Positions 39,330-53,109 of a stretch of 64,000 nt of DNA are shown here, one piece after another. Origin of the DNA: Squalus acanthias (Eukaryota); NCBI GenBank assembly GCA_030390025.1, contig CM059433.1:14696001-14760000 (forward strand), read 5' to 3'. The notes below the pieces were generated by a model, which was not told the origin of the DNA, did no database searches, and worked only from the letters and a program-made list of their open reading frames with translations. The stretch's first letter is position 1, and every line of letters begins with the position of its first letter. The position numbers were made by a program, and so were the translations under genes.

Positions 39330-39812
39330 CAGCATATCATCCAATCAGGATGATACCAGGGATGAGGTACTTAAGTTATGAGGAGAGGTTGGAAAAGTTA
39401 GGACTGTTCTCCTTGGACAGAGAAGGATAAGAGGTGACCTAATGGAGGTTGTCAAGATGAGGAGAGGTTTTGATAGAGTAGATCGAGAAAAACTATTCCC
39501 TCTGGTGAGTGGGTCAATAACTAGAGGTCATAGATTGAAAATCATTGGCAAAGGATCTAGAGGTGAGATAAGGAGAAATCTGTTCACTCAGAGCTGTTGG
39601 GATCTGGAATGCTCTACCTGAAAAGGTGGTGACAGCTGATTTCTTAAATAATTTTAAAAAGGGAGTTGGACAGATACTTGAGGATGAGGAGTTAGAGTTA
39701 CGGACAAAAAGCTGCTATATGGGACTAAGCACAAATGCTCTTTCAAACAACCAGCACAGGCACGATGGGCCAAATGGCCTCCTTCTGTGCTGTAAGTTTT
39801 GATGATTCTATG
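39330..39812 (+). mobile_element. Old CR1 3' fragment
   Basis: YEERL..LGLFSL..RGDL-type sequence and ATGGGCCAAATGGCCTCCTTCTGTGCTG tail. Confidence 0.8.
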
Positions 39813-40999
39813 AACTTACTCTAAGCAATGTAATACAAGCTAGTGTATACATGTACATAGGGTAATTTTACAGAATCGTCTTCCTGCTATGCGACCTCAC
39901 CCACCAGGGGTGCATATCAGAAACTTCCAAGTGATTATTCTTCCACTAGACTATCCATTTCAAAATCTGTGTCAGCATCAAACACACCCAGCTAGAGCTA
40001 TAGCATGGACAGATGCAGAATAAAGGTCTCCCTATTCAGCCCCAATGATGTGCCTCAGTCCCTACCTTAGATAACCACCCTCCTCCTGCACCAATAAGGC
40101 ATTTCCCATTTCCTATGCTAGCCATCCTTTGGCCTCTGTGTGCGACTGCCAATACAGTATGCCAATTGATGCCAAATTAAGGGCAGTTACATACTGTGCC
40201 CAATGGGAATTGAGCAGGGATTGCTTAAGCGCATTTTATTTAGAACCCTTACAGCCAGAAGAGACTTTCGTCCCAACGGTCTGGACTGGATTTAAATCCA
40301 GGTCACAGAACTGAAGCCACTGTCTAGCCCACGGCACTCTTTAATTAGTGATTGATGAAAAACTATCGATCAATTAACAACAGATGTATAATTTTACTGG
40401 CATACAGGCATTTGCTCATCAATATGAGATGTTCATTTTTCCACTTAATTAACTTATTAGAATAATACAATAGTTTTTACATTTTTTTTGATGAGAGAAG
40501 TTACTTTAGAGGCAAATTTACATTTGACATTATTGGGTAAAACAGTTCAGTGCATCTTTCAACAGAATGATGGGGTAGTCATTATTTATAAATAGCTATG
40601 AACCATCATGAGAGCAGCCATTTCCGCAGTATAAATAAATCCAACCATCCTCACAGCTTCGGAGTTTCTCCAGCTTAGCTTACAGATGAGATGTCACAAA
40701 GATTTATTAAAGAGAGGAGAACTGAAACTTCATTAAGTATTGCTTCACAATAATTGGGCCTTTATCCAGCTGATTCAGAAATCACAGTGGAAACTACAAG
40801 AAGCTCCATGTCTAATTGGGCAAGGATACACATCAACCAATCAAGTAGCTTGCAAACATCCATATATACATGAACATTAACCAATCTCTTTTCAGTAAAA
40901 GGGCATTTATAATTCATGCTGGTCTGCGCTTCATAAAATTGCATGAACAGAAACAAAGGTTGTCCACTAAAATCCAGGAAACAGTATCCTGCCTGTCAT

Positions 41000-41285
41000 A
41001 GAATAGAATCGTAGAAATTTACAGCATGGAAGGAGGCCATTTCGGCCCATCGTGTCCGCGCCGGCCGACAAAGAGCTATCCAGCCCAATCCCGCTTTCCA
41101 GCTCTTGGTCCGTAGCCCTGTAGATTACGGCACATCAAGTACATATCCAAGTACTTTTTAAAATGTGGTGAGGGTTTCTGCCTCTACCACCCTTTCAGGC
41201 AGTGAGTTCCAGACCCCCACCACCCTCTGGGTGAAGAGATTTCCCCTCAAATACCCTCTAACCTCTGACCAATTACTTTACATCT
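41000..41285 (-). mobile_element. CR1 3' fragment
   Basis: GGAGGCCATTTCGGCCCATCG tail in reverse orientation. Confidence 0.75.
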
Positions 41286-41454
41286 CATCTGTCAGGCGAT
41301 AACCCATATGATATTTTGAATGTTCCTGTCCATGCAAGAATAGTTAATCACTTTAAAATCCACAATCAAAAATGATATTACATGTATCGATATTTTTAAT
41401 TATTCAGTGAATAAATAAATTCATAAATCTTTAATGCAAAAGGTTGTTGCGCAT

Positions 41455-41672
41455 AAAGAAAGACTAGCATTTATATAGCGCCTCTCACGATCTCAGGATG
41501 TCCCAAAGTGCTTTACAGCCAATTAAGTACTTTTGAAGTGCAGTCACTGTTGTAATGTAGGAAAAGTGGCAGCCAATTTGTGCACAGCAAGGTCCCACAA
41601 ACAGAAATGAGATAATGACCAGATAATCTGTTTTTTAATAATGTTGATTGAGGGATAAATATTGACTTGGAC
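41455..41672 (-). mobile_element. Deu-SINE 3' half
   Basis: Reverse complement of 11630-11847. Confidence 0.75.
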
Positions 41673-41880
41673 ATTGAAATTTGAATTTAGAATTTAATGC
41701 GTTTTAACCAATACAGTAGTTGTTTTTTTGTACAATTACACAAAATCATACACTTTCTCTTAAAAAAAAGTTGCCCATTATACCACTTGTGTTGGAATTT
41801 AGTTGTGGGTGTGGGGGATTGTGGGAGTATTGCATTACATGGGATCTGTAACAAAGAGGAAATTGGGAGAAAAAAAACCC

Positions 41881-41909
41881 ACTACAGCTCCTGGAGCGCC
41901 TCCTGGTGT
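41881..41909. promoter_or_regulatory. Candidate CTCF site with adjacent ZNF143/ACTACA-type motif
   Basis: AGCGCCTCCTGGTG (rc CACCAGGAGGCGCT) at 41895-41908; ACTACAGCTCC at 41881. Confidence 0.35.
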
Positions 41910-42587
41910 CTTGGCACCTGCGCAGTATTAAATAAGCAGCGGAGGTACATAGTAAGGAAAGGCTTCCTCTGTGCACTATTTGAAGCAAAATCATAACCAC
42001 AACTTTTGTTACATATAATGCGTGTGGAGAATGTTCCCCCACTGCTGGTAATGGAAATGCCATCATTCCCATAAGGCAGTTTGGTATATATAGTCCCTCT
42101 CGGTCCTTTCAGACCAATTGACATTATTTAATCCAAGCAATTAAAGAGTTTATTTTCTGAGAATGCTCATAATGTTACACTTAGAGTAAAATTAACCTTA
42201 CAATATAATTATCATACATTTGATTATATGTTAAGCTGCCTACCTTAGTTATACTGCCACTTTTACATTGATGTAGAGCAAGTTCAGGTGAGCACTGATG
42301 TGAAGTGGCAGTATAACTCAGGAGGCAGGTAGCCTGATCTGACTCGAGCATGTGGAAGCCAAGAGATGTGACATAACCACCAAATAATTCACGTACATAA
42401 CAATAGCCACCGATTTTCATGTGTTCACGTGAAATGCTTTAGGATGTTCCTGAAAGATGTGATAAGGTGATGTATAAATGCAAGCCTTTCTCTTCTTGCT
42501 CGGATTGCTTGAAGATGGCACTGAATGCGATACAACTCCAGTGCTGCAACTGATAGCCCTGAATGACTCAAATACCATATTCATAAA

Positions 42588-43175
42588 ACAACAACAACTT
42601 GCACTTATATAGCGCCTTTAACGCAGTAAAAGTCCCAAGGCTCTTCACAGGAGCATTATCAAACAAATTTGACACTGAGCCAAATAAGGAGATATTTGGA
42701 GAGGTGACCAAATGCTTGGTAAAAGAGGTAGGTTAAGGAGCGTCCTAAAAGAGGAGAAAGAGGCGGAGAGGCTTAGAGAGGGAATTCCAGAGCCTAGGGT
42801 CCGGGCAGCTGAAGGCACAGCCGCCAATGGTGGAACAATTAAAATCGGGGATGTGCAAGAGGTCAGAATTGGAGGAGTGCAGGGATCTCAGAGGGTTGCA
42901 GGGCTGGAGGAGGTTACAGAGATAGGGAGGGGCGAGGCCATGGAGGGATTTGAACACAAGGATGAGAATTTTAAAATAGAGGCTTTGCCAAACTGGGAGC
43001 CAATGTAGGTCAGCGAGCACAGAGGTGATAGGTGAGCGGGACTTGGTGCGAGTTAGGATACTGGCAGCCGAGTTATGGATGAGTTCAAGATTATGGAGGG
43101 TGGAAGATGCAAGGCCGGCCAGGAGAGCATTGGAATAGTCAAGTCTAGAGGTAACAAAGGCGTGCATGAGGGTTT
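42588..43175 (-). mobile_element. L2 LINE 3' fragment
   Basis: HAFVTSRLDYSNALLAGL..LADLHWLPV..WNSL. Confidence 0.9.
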
Positions 43176-45099
43176 GTAATCAGTCAAAGCCATTAAGTGG
43201 AAAAAAACCTTTTGGCCACCATCGCACTAAACTGAGAAAAATAGTACTAAAAATAAGTTTTGTAATATCATAAAAACACATAATTTTTTTTTTAATTACA
43301 TGCGTAGTATATATTTATGCATTTAACAATATTTAACAATACTTCTTGTTAGATGCTTGTGTGTCTCTGATTATTCTAGGGCTTTAAATTAAATGTGCCT
43401 CCAAAAATTGTTTTGTGACTGACAGCAAAACTTGTCATTTAGAGAGAGTGCCACAACTTGTTGTTTTCAAGCCCCACTCCCTGGTCACTGTGGATGGAAC
43501 ATAGGAAAGGGATTATAGGAACAGGAGTAGGCCAATCAGCCCCTCGAGTCTGTTCTGCCATTCAATGAGATCATGGGCATGGCTGATCTGTACCTCAAAT
43601 CTTGGCCAGGACTGATGACGACAAACCCTCAGGAAAGCTGTTTTTAGGAGCAGTTAGAATAATGAATTTTTTTTTGGTATAAAATTGTCAAAACAACATA
43701 AATCATAAACATTGGAATTTAGCTGAGCTAATATTCACAGGAAGTCAGTGCAAGTTACTTTATTCAAGATACTGCTTATTTACCAAATACACGTGTGACA
43801 AATTAAACATCGTATTTTGAAATTTTGGTATTCATTTCTGCATACTTTGCAATAATATGACTTTTTGGCATTGTTTATTTTTCTATACTTTGTAGTAATG
43901 ATCACTATACACATTAGGATAGCTCCATTTTATTTATTTGTTTGGGAACTAAAAATTAGCAAGAAAGGTGGCAACTTTTGAAAGGACTGCATAAATGTCA
44001 TCAATTTAAATGTTTATTTTAGCTAAACTCTTGTTACATTAAGCACTGCGCCAGAGGTTTCTGGTGAAGAATACAAGACACAAATACACTTTAAAATAAA
44101 AAAGAAGAAACCTGCAAAGGTTGGAATAAAAACAGAAAACGCTAGAAATACACAGCAGGTCCATCAGCATCTGTAAGAGATATGTAGCTTAATGTTGCAG
44201 GTATATACTCTTCCTCAGCACTGGAATGTGAAGGATAAATTGGTCCCTTTGAAGAATGGAAAGGGGAGGGAGGACAAATGACAACAGATGTTCAAATCAC
44301 CAAGTCAAACATAATGGGCTGAATAGCCTGCAAATTGCTAAATAGAGAAGCAAGAATCTGTTAGAGTTTGTTCATTCCAGTGCAAGTACCCTTTTAACAA
44401 TGTGGCAAGACTTAATTACTGACAAACAAACAATCTCTCTGGCATTGCAAATTAACTTTTACAAGTATGGCGTCTCATTCCTTCAGATTTTAATTACTGT
44501 TGGAGATTTTAAAATATTAAAACATTAATAGTTTTTTACATTCTCTTTCTGTCTCTTTAATTTCTCTGTCTTAGTCCACTCTTTCTTTCCCTCTCTTTAT
44601 TTCGCTTTCTGTACCCGATTTGACATTGAAGTAACTATTCTATCCAACACTTCCTGGTTCAGACTCTGTGCTGCTCAGTAACGATTCTTCAACCCAATTG
44701 GTTAAGGAGATACACCATTGCTTGTCGTGTTCACACAGGACCCAGATGCCCTGTAGAGGGCGTTGCGCTTTTTGGGGGTTTGGCTGACAGGAACTTGCCA
44801 TGCAAAAGCCTATGGAAAGTCTGTGGGAAAGTGCGAGTTTAATGTCGTTCGCTCGCCGCTGACTGCAAAATCCGGCCCAAGGTCGATCTGCCAGATGTGA
44901 TAAAAAAAATTCAGATCAGCAGCCTGGGCACATTATCCTACCCTGTGCTAGAGATCTATCCTAATCAAGGGTCCCCACCCATAGAATGAACTTGTCTCCA
45001 ACTCTCCTCAGATGCCAACAAGCTCACCCTGCACCCCAGCAGACCCTGTTGAAAAACAAATGGCTGAAGTTTGAAGTTACTAAAGTTAACTTTCAGACC

Positions 45100-45690
45100 T
45101 CAGGGCTAATACTAGAGGTGATTCCACAATCCAGCATTCCCAGTGAGCAGCAACACTCACAGGTAGTGCAGGTTGGACATAGCACTACAACAATGTCGCC
45201 TCAATTCTCCAACCCACAATCGCTGCAAGTGTGACTCCCCGCTAGGAATTTTGGATCATGGAATTGCCCCTACTGTTCTTGAAGCACGTCTTGAGCTTGG
45301 TTGGAGCAGCGCAAGAGGTCAAAGATGGAAAGGTCAAACGCGGAATGGGACAGAGTTAAAGTGGCAAGATACAGATTGGTAAGGGCCACACTTAAAAATG
45401 TTCAGAAAGTAGGCACCTAGTCTGCATTTAGTTTCTCTAGTGCAAAGAAGACTGCATGTAAGCAACTGATACAGTAGAAATTGTTGTCTCACATGAAAGG
45501 AATGGCTAGGGCCCTGGACAGTGGAGTGGGAAGCGGTGAACAGACAGACAAGGGTACCCCAGAGGGTATGGTCCCTCCAGAAAGGTTCTAGATGATGACA
45601 AGGGGAACCTGGTCATTGTTGAGAGGAGAGGTAGGAGCGAGAGCATGGACATGAGAAACAGGGCAGACTTGTCTTTTCCCGTTGCAGATA
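45100..45690 (-). mobile_element. Degenerate Penelope-like fragment
   Basis: Similar to 52650-53100 (GGGCCCTGGACAGTGG, TTAAAGTGGCAAG). Confidence 0.5.
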
Positions 45691-45702
45691 CTGAGGGACC
45701 TA

Positions 45703-46996
45703 ATACATAGATACATAGAAGATAGGAGCAGGAGTAGGCCATCCGGCCCTTCGAGCCTGCTCCGCCATTTAATGAGATCATGGCTGATCCTCCAATTCAG
45801 TATCCCGTCCCCGCCTTCTCTCCGTAACCCTTAACCCCTTTTGCCTGTAGAAATATATCTAATTCCCTCTTAAATATATTTAATGAGCTGGTGTACACTG
45901 CCCCCTGTGGCAATGAGTTCCACAGGTTCACCACCCTCTGAGTGAAGAAATTCCCCCTCATTTCTGTCCTAAATGGTTTAGCCCTTATCCTTAAATTATG
46001 TCCTCTAGTTCTGTTCTCACCCGCCAAGGGAAACATTCCTTCTGCATCTAGTTTGTCTAGACCTGTCAGAATTTTATACACTTCTATGAGGTCCCCTCTC
46101 AATCTTCTAAACTCCAGTGTGTACATCCCTAAACTACATAGTCTCTCCTCATACGTCAATCCCGCCATTCCTGGTATCAGCCTGGTGAATCGCCGCTGCA
46201 CCCCCTCCATGGCAAGAACATCTTTCCTCAGATGAGGCGACCAAAACTGTACACAGTACTCGAGGTGTGGTCTCACCAGTGCCCTGTACAGCTGCAGCAA
46301 GGTATCCCTGTTCCTGTATTCCAACCCTTTTGCTATGAAGGCCAGCATACCGTTTGCCTTCTTGATCGCCTGTTGCACCTGCATGCTCGCCTTCAGTGAC
46401 TGGTGTACAAGAACACCCAGGTCTCTCTGTACTTCCCCCTCTCCCAATTTATTGCCATTTAAATAATAATTTGCCCTCCCGTTCCTGCACCCAAGGTGGA
46501 TAACTTTGCACTTGTCCACATTATAGTGCATCTGCCATTTATCCGCCCAATCACCCAGTCTGTCCAAATCGCTCTGGAGCTTCCTGGTCTCCTCCTCTGA
46601 GCCCACCCCCCCTCCTAGGTTTAGTGTCGTCTGCAAATTTGGAAATGCTGCATCCGACTCCCTGATCCAGGTCATTAATATAAATTGTGAACAGCTGGGG
46701 ACCCAGGACAGATCCCTGTGGTACCCCACTTGTTACTGCCTGCCATTCAGAAAATGAGCCGTTTATTCCAACTCTCTGTTTTCTATCTGACAGCCAGTTC
46801 TCTATCCACGTCAATACTTTCCCCTTTATCCCATGAGCTTCAATTTTCCGTACTAATCTTTTATGTGGGACCTTATCGAAGGCCTTTTGGAAGTCCAGGT
46901 ACACCACATCTACTGGCTCTCCCCCATCTATTTTACCAGTTACTCCCTCAAAAAATTCCAATAGATTAGTCAAGCACGATTTACCCTTTGTAAATC
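45703..46996 (-). mobile_element. CR1 LINE ORF2 3' part (RT), frameshifted
   Basis: [32 protein letters not shown]1 tail. Confidence 0.95.
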
Positions 46997-47544
46997 TTTT
47001 CTTCAGTTTTATATTTCTTGTTTTTCCAGTTTAAAAACTTGCTTCTGAAACACATAGAACAACCTGCCTATGACAGTCATGCTGGTGAGTGGCAATGCCC
47101 ATTTCTTCAGGCTATAAACCTAGAAACTAGTGTTATTAATGCATGGACACTAAGCATGCTTGCATGACATCCTCCATCAACTAATTTAACACAGGAATTA
47201 ATCCATTTATTTTAAACAAGTTGGTGCCTTTGCTAAAATATGGTATCACGGAATATCAGACAAACATATTAAACGTTCATTGCTAATATCATCAAGAGTA
47301 ATTTGTAGGCTGTCATTTGTTTTCTCATCACAGAAACTAATGCCCGTGTCCTCGAGTGGATCTGAAGTTAATTGCAGTTAGAATGCAATAGAAACTCTTC
47401 ATTGAAAAAAATAAATTCAACCAATGTTAGTTTGTTAATTTAAAAGATTCCAACCATAAATGTTAAAAGATATTGCCACACAAAACCTGTGTATATTGTC
47501 TCATCATTGAAATTAACGTACCTGAACTTTTAACGCAGAATAGG

Positions 47545-48105
47545 TGTCAGCCTTAGCTCAGTGGTAGCACTTATGCCTCTGAGTTGGAAGTTATGGATAC
47601 AAGTCCCTCTCCAGAGACTTGATCACAGAATCTAGGTTGACACTCCAGTGCAGTAAGAACATAAGAAATAGGAGCAGGAGTAGGCCATTTGGCCCTTCGA
47701 GCCTGCTCCGCCATTCAATAAGATCATGGCTGATCTTCTACCTCATCTCCACTTTCCTGCACTATCCCCAAATCCCTTGATTCCCTTAATATTCAAAAAT
47801 CTATCGATCTCTGTCTTGAATGTACTCCGTACTACAGATCCTGTCTGCCCTCTCAGATGACATAAAAGATCCCACAGTACTATTCGAAGAAGAGCAGAGG
47901 AGTAATCCATGGTGTCCTGGCTAATATTTATCCCTCAACCAACATTACTAAAAACAGATTAATTTGATCATTTCTCTCATATCTGTTTCTAGAACCTTGC
48001 TGTGCGCAAATTGGCTGCCACATTTCCCTACATTACAACACTTCAAAAGTACTTTGGGACATCCGGAGGTCGTGAAAGGTGCTATAGAAATGTAGCTTCT
48101 TTCTT
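47545..48105 (+). mobile_element. Deu-SINE with inserted CR1 tail (~47655-47825, minus)
   Basis: tRNA-like head GTCAGCCTTAGCTCAGTGGTAGCAC; Deu and L2 tail. Confidence 0.75.
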
Positions 48106-48719
48106 CCCATGTTATTACAAGACATGAATCTATTGAAATTTAAAGTGATTTGTGTAGGGGGGTTAGAACACTGTTCTCCCACCTCTAGGATCTGGATTTT
48201 CGACTGCAGGAATGAAAGTGTCGAGGTTCAGGTACCTGTAAGGATCATTTTCCCCCCTCACCCAAAATGTTGTCTGTCTTGTCCTGGAGTCTGTGACTTG
48301 TACTGGGTCCACTCTGCAGTACCAGCAGTACTGCCTTTCAAGACTCTCCTTTTGTGACTTCATCTCACAGTTACCAAGCAGTACTTTCATGCAAGAGGGG
48401 AATATACTCACCCCTCCACAAAATAAACAACAAACTCCCTGATAGTCTAACTAAAGGCAGCACCAGGTCTAATAGTGAGCCATACAGACCAGAAGATTAG
48501 TGGCTGAATTTAGGATTGTCACGACTGATCTCTGGCAAGGGCAGTAGTGACAATTCTACAATTAGCTTCAATAGCCCCCCAACCTTTCCCACAGGGTAGA
48601 GAAGACACTCAAAACTGAAGATATCAGAGGGTATTTAAAAAAAAAATAATAATTGGGCAAAAGGGGACCAAAAGTTATTAAAACGTATTAAACTTCACTG
48701 GTGGCTCAGTTGTTAGAGT

Positions 48720-49155
48720 TGTCAGCCGTGGCTCAGTGGGAACACTCTTGCCTTGGAATCAGAAGGTTGTGGGTTCTAAGTCCCAAGACCAGAGATGTGA
48801 GCACAAAATTTAGGCCGACACTCCACTGCAGTATTGAGGGAGCGCTGCACTGTTGGAGGTGATGTCTTTCAGGTGAGATGTTAAACCAAGGCCCCGTCGG
48901 ACCTCTCAGGTGGACTTAAAAAGATCCTATGGCAATATTTTGAAGAAGAGCAGGGGAGTTATCCCCTGTGTCCTCGTCAATATTTATCCACCAACCAACA
49001 TCACTGAAACAGGCTATCACATTGCAGTTTGTGGGACCTTGCTGTGCGCAGATTGGCTGTCGCGTTTCCCTACATTACAACAGTGACTACACTTCAAAAA
49101 TGTTTCATTGGCTGTGAAGCACTTTGGGACATCCTGGGGTCGTGAGAGGCGCTCT
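48720..49155 (+). mobile_element. Full-length Deu-SINE (SacSINE1-like)
   Basis: tRNA head GTCAGCCGTGGCTCAGTGG, Deu core, L2-like tail. Confidence 0.85.
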
Positions 49156-50249
49156 CGAATTGCTAGGCATTCTTGAGTACAAATCTCAGTCCAGAATTGA
49201 GCCGTGTAGACAAGGTTCAGTCCTGCTCCATGTTGAGTTATCTGTTCTGAGTTGGGGCAGCAGAAGGGATACTACAATTAGGCTCAGCATCCCCAATACT
49301 GGTGAAGGGGGAAATCGGCTGGTGTTTCCTGCTCCTCATTACTATCCAGTGAATCAACTTGGAAAGTGTGTACGGGTGAGTCGGATAGAGCTTGACTGAA
49401 ATGCCGGCCCATGGTTTAATAGACCACCAAAACTCACCGTCTCCACACACACACACATGGCCACTTGATTGAAACACTAGCGGACAGCTTGTATCTGTGG
49501 AACTATACATTAGTGTAAGTTACTATCCTCAGTGGAGGAGGGAGCGGGGAAGAGTTCTACCCACAGATCGACTGCAGGAGCAGGGAAACCGTTAAGTTAA
49601 GCAATTTAAACGTAAACAAAAAGAAATCATAAAAGGGTCAGCTTAAGTAGAATACGGTAAGATACAGAGCAAATTTACAGTCAACAGTAAGAGGAGAAAA
49701 TCTGGATGACAACACAGGCAAAAATCATGAACTTTTTTATTTTTCTGTAATTTTGTGCTTTAAGTGCTTCATTGATTGGTGTTTGCTTCTTATATTTTGT
49801 CGGCGTCAGTGTCTGAACTAAAAACAAAGAAGAAGTGTTCAGCCAGGGAGACAAGAATATGCCTCAAACTGCCAGCAACCTATATTATCATTTATAGAGA
49901 GCTTCCCGCTGTAGTGAACACATCAGAATCTTTGCAGACCTTCAGGCTTTTACCACGTTACGTTTCATTTTGCCAGTGGCATTAAATAATAAAAAGAGAC
50001 CCACTGATCAAGATTATTAGGAAGCATCGAGTAAAGGAAAACTGAAGAGATCAAATAAATCCCTATGAAAAATAACAGTTACAGTTTTATTTCAGAATCA
50101 TCTGTGCAACTAGAATCCTTGTTGCATTTGCTTAAAATAGGAATACAGAGAATAATTTATATCGTCACTTCACAGCAACATATCCTGTTGCAGTTTTCAG
50201 TGGCGATATCTTAAAATAAACTCGATAGAAGCAGGGATTAAAGCTGCAA

Positions 50250-51610
50250 TAGAGGAACAGAATTTAAAAGCAGAGAAGATAAGTTAAACAACAACTTGTA
50301 TTTATATTGCGCCTTTAACGTAGTAAAACGTCCCAAGGCGCTGATATAGAACCTTGGTTAGACCACACTTAGAGGACTGTGCACAGTTCTGGTCTTCATA
50401 TTACAAAATGGGTATAGAGGAACTGGAGAAAGTGCAAAAAAGATTTACAAGGATGATACCAGAACTGAGAGGTTATAACTATCAGGAAAGATGGAACAGG
50501 CTGGGGCTCTTTTCTCTAGAAGAGAGAAGGCCGAGATGTGACCTGATAGATGTCTTTAAAATTATGAAGGGGATCGATATCGTAGACAAAGAGAAGATGG
50601 GAGGAATTTTAACCTAAAATAAACAGGCGAGTTGGGGGCGTGCGGGGTACTTAAGCGTTAAAAATCGAAATCCCGACAACAACCTACCCACTTCCGGTTT
50701 TAACGGAGGCGGGACGGGGGCAGGCAGCCAATCCGCTGCCAGGAGGCGGGTTGTCTATTTAAATATTATAATGAGGCTGGAAAACTCTGCTTTAGCCTCC
50801 ATTTTGTGTTTAACTGTAGCTGGTCAGGTTTTGCAGGCCTCGTAAAACCCATCAGCTACAGCAAGGCAAGGACTGCTAGATCCAGGAGGTAAGTGCCTTT
50901 ACACTAACATCCTGGAGCCAGGGTCCCTGCCTAACCCACCTGCCGCGATCGGAGACCTCACCATGAGGCCTTTGATCCCACCCAAAGCCTCCAATCCCCC
51001 CCATGAGGCCTCCCCCCTCCCCGATCCTCTGGCCCTCCCCGTGCTGCTCTCAGCCCCTGACCCCTACAGACCCCCCACCCAACCACCCCTCTGGCCGGCC
51101 CACGATCGCAATCTTCTGGAGACCCCCAGCCCCCTGCTCCTCCCGGCCCGTGACCTTGTTGACCAGCCCCCGTGCTCCTCCTGGCCCGCAATCATTCATC
51201 GACCCGTTCCCCGCTCCTCCGGCCGCTCCCAGCTCCCACGCGATCCCTCCATCCCTCCTCTGTGCGGCTTAGTGCCGCAGGCCTACCCACCTGGTTGGCT
51301 GCGGGCGGGAAACAGAGGCTTCCTATGCAAATCGGGCCCTGCCGTTAAATCTGTTCTCTCGGGTTTCCCGACCACTTCGGAGCCCCTCCGTCCCCAACCC
51401 GCCTTCCCCATTTAAATTCAGGCTGATGTTTCCACTTGTGGGGGAGCCCAGAACTAGTGTTTATAAATCTAAGATCGTCACTAATAAATCCAATAAGGAA
51501 TTCAGAAGAAACTTCTTTACTGAGAGTGCTGAGAACATGGAACTCACTACCACGTGGAGCGGTTGAGGCGAATAGCATAGATGTATTTAAGGAAAAGGTA
51601 CAAACATGCA
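50250..51610 (+). mobile_element. CR1 3' fragment interrupted by a Harbinger MITE (50599-51424, TSD GAT)
   Basis: VRPHLEDCAQFWS..FTRMIPELRG; RVLRTWNSLP resumes after the MITE. Confidence 0.85.
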
Positions 51611-52146
51611 AACAATGACGGACAAGTAAAGACACTCTTGTCCATCGAGCCTGTCCCACACAATTGCAATACCTTGTTTATCACAATATATACACTCCCT
51701 TCACCAGCTAAAACCATGTGATCTCCTGGGAGAGGTGAAAAAAAGATTAAAAACCCAGGCCAATTTGGGGAAAATAATTCTGGGAATTCCTCTCCAACCC
51801 ATCTAGGCGATCAAAACTAGTCCAGGAGATCAGTCAGAATTCCCTGCAGTACCTGCCTTCTGTAAGAGGTGATCTCCGCCCCAGCCAGAAACAGGTCCAG
51901 CTCTCGCTTGAAGGAATTCAGCAAGTCCGCGTCCACCACACGAGATGGCAGCCTGTTCCACATGTCCACTATTTTCTAGGAAAGAACCACCTCCTGACAT
52001 CTAACCTAGATCTAGCCTTATACAACTTAAATTTGTGACCCCTGGTCCTACCTTACCTATTTAAATGGAACACACTGTCAGCTAGAACACAATCTATTCC
52101 CTTCAATATCTTATAAACCTCAAATCAGATCCCCCCCTAAGTCTAC

Positions 52147-53109
52147 TACAACAATACAAACAGAAAATACTGCAGATGCTGGAAATCTGAAATAAAAACA
52201 GAAAATGCTGGAGATACTCAGCAGGTCAGGCAGCATCTGTGAAGAGAGAAACAGAGTTAACGTTTCAGGTCGATGACCTTTCGTCAGAACTGGAAAAAAG
52301 CAGGAAGTGGAACAGATTTTTAAGCAAGTGTAGGGGCTGGGAAAGGGAGGAGGGGATAAAGAACAAAAAGGGGAGGTCTGTGATAGGATAGAAGGCAGGA
52401 GAGGTTAAGAGACATTAAGAGATGTTCAAGGCAAAAGGAGATGGTAATGGGACAGGTTAAGAAACAAAGGATGGCTCTGGATGAAGTGTAAATTGCGCTG
52501 GCAGAATGAAAGACAGCTGCCATGTGGGAGAGAAGAAAAAAAGACAGACAAAAAAAAATGTGGATAAAAAATATATCTATGATGGGGCTGAGGTTATGAT
52601 CTGAAATTGTTGAACTCTATGTTGAGTCAGAAGGCTGTAAAGTGCCTAATCGAAAGAGGAGGTGCTGTTCCTCGAGCTTACGCTGAGCTTCATTGGAACA
52701 ATGCAAGAGGCCGAGGACGGTGAGGTCTGAGTGGGAGTGGAGCGGAGAATTAAAGTGACAAGCGACCGGAAGCTCGGGGTCCCCCTTACGGACTGAACAG
52801 AGGTGTTCCACAAAGCGGTCACTCAATCTGCGTTTGGTCTCCCCAATGTAGAGGAGACCGCATCATGAGCAGCGAATACAGTATACTAAATTGCAAGAAG
52901 TACAAGTAAATCACTTTCACCTGGAAGGGGTGTTTGGGGCCCTGGACAGTGGGAAGGGGAGGTATAAGGGCATGTGTTGCATCTCCTGCGCTTGCATGGG
53001 AAGGTGCCGGGCGAAGGGGAAGGGGTGATAGAGGAGTGGACCAGGGTGTCGCGGAGGGAACAGTCCCTTCGGAATGCTGAAAGGGGAGGTGAGGGGAAGA
53101 TGCGTTTGG
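52147..53109 (-). mobile_element. Penelope-like element (GIY-YIG C-terminus + terminal repeat with hammerhead at ~52258-52291)
   Basis: DRFVEHLCSV..PVACHFN..RKLEEQHLLFRLGTLQP; CKRRRCNTCP; 12-bp TSD CCCTAAGTCTAC (52135-52146, 53110-53121). Confidence 0.9.
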
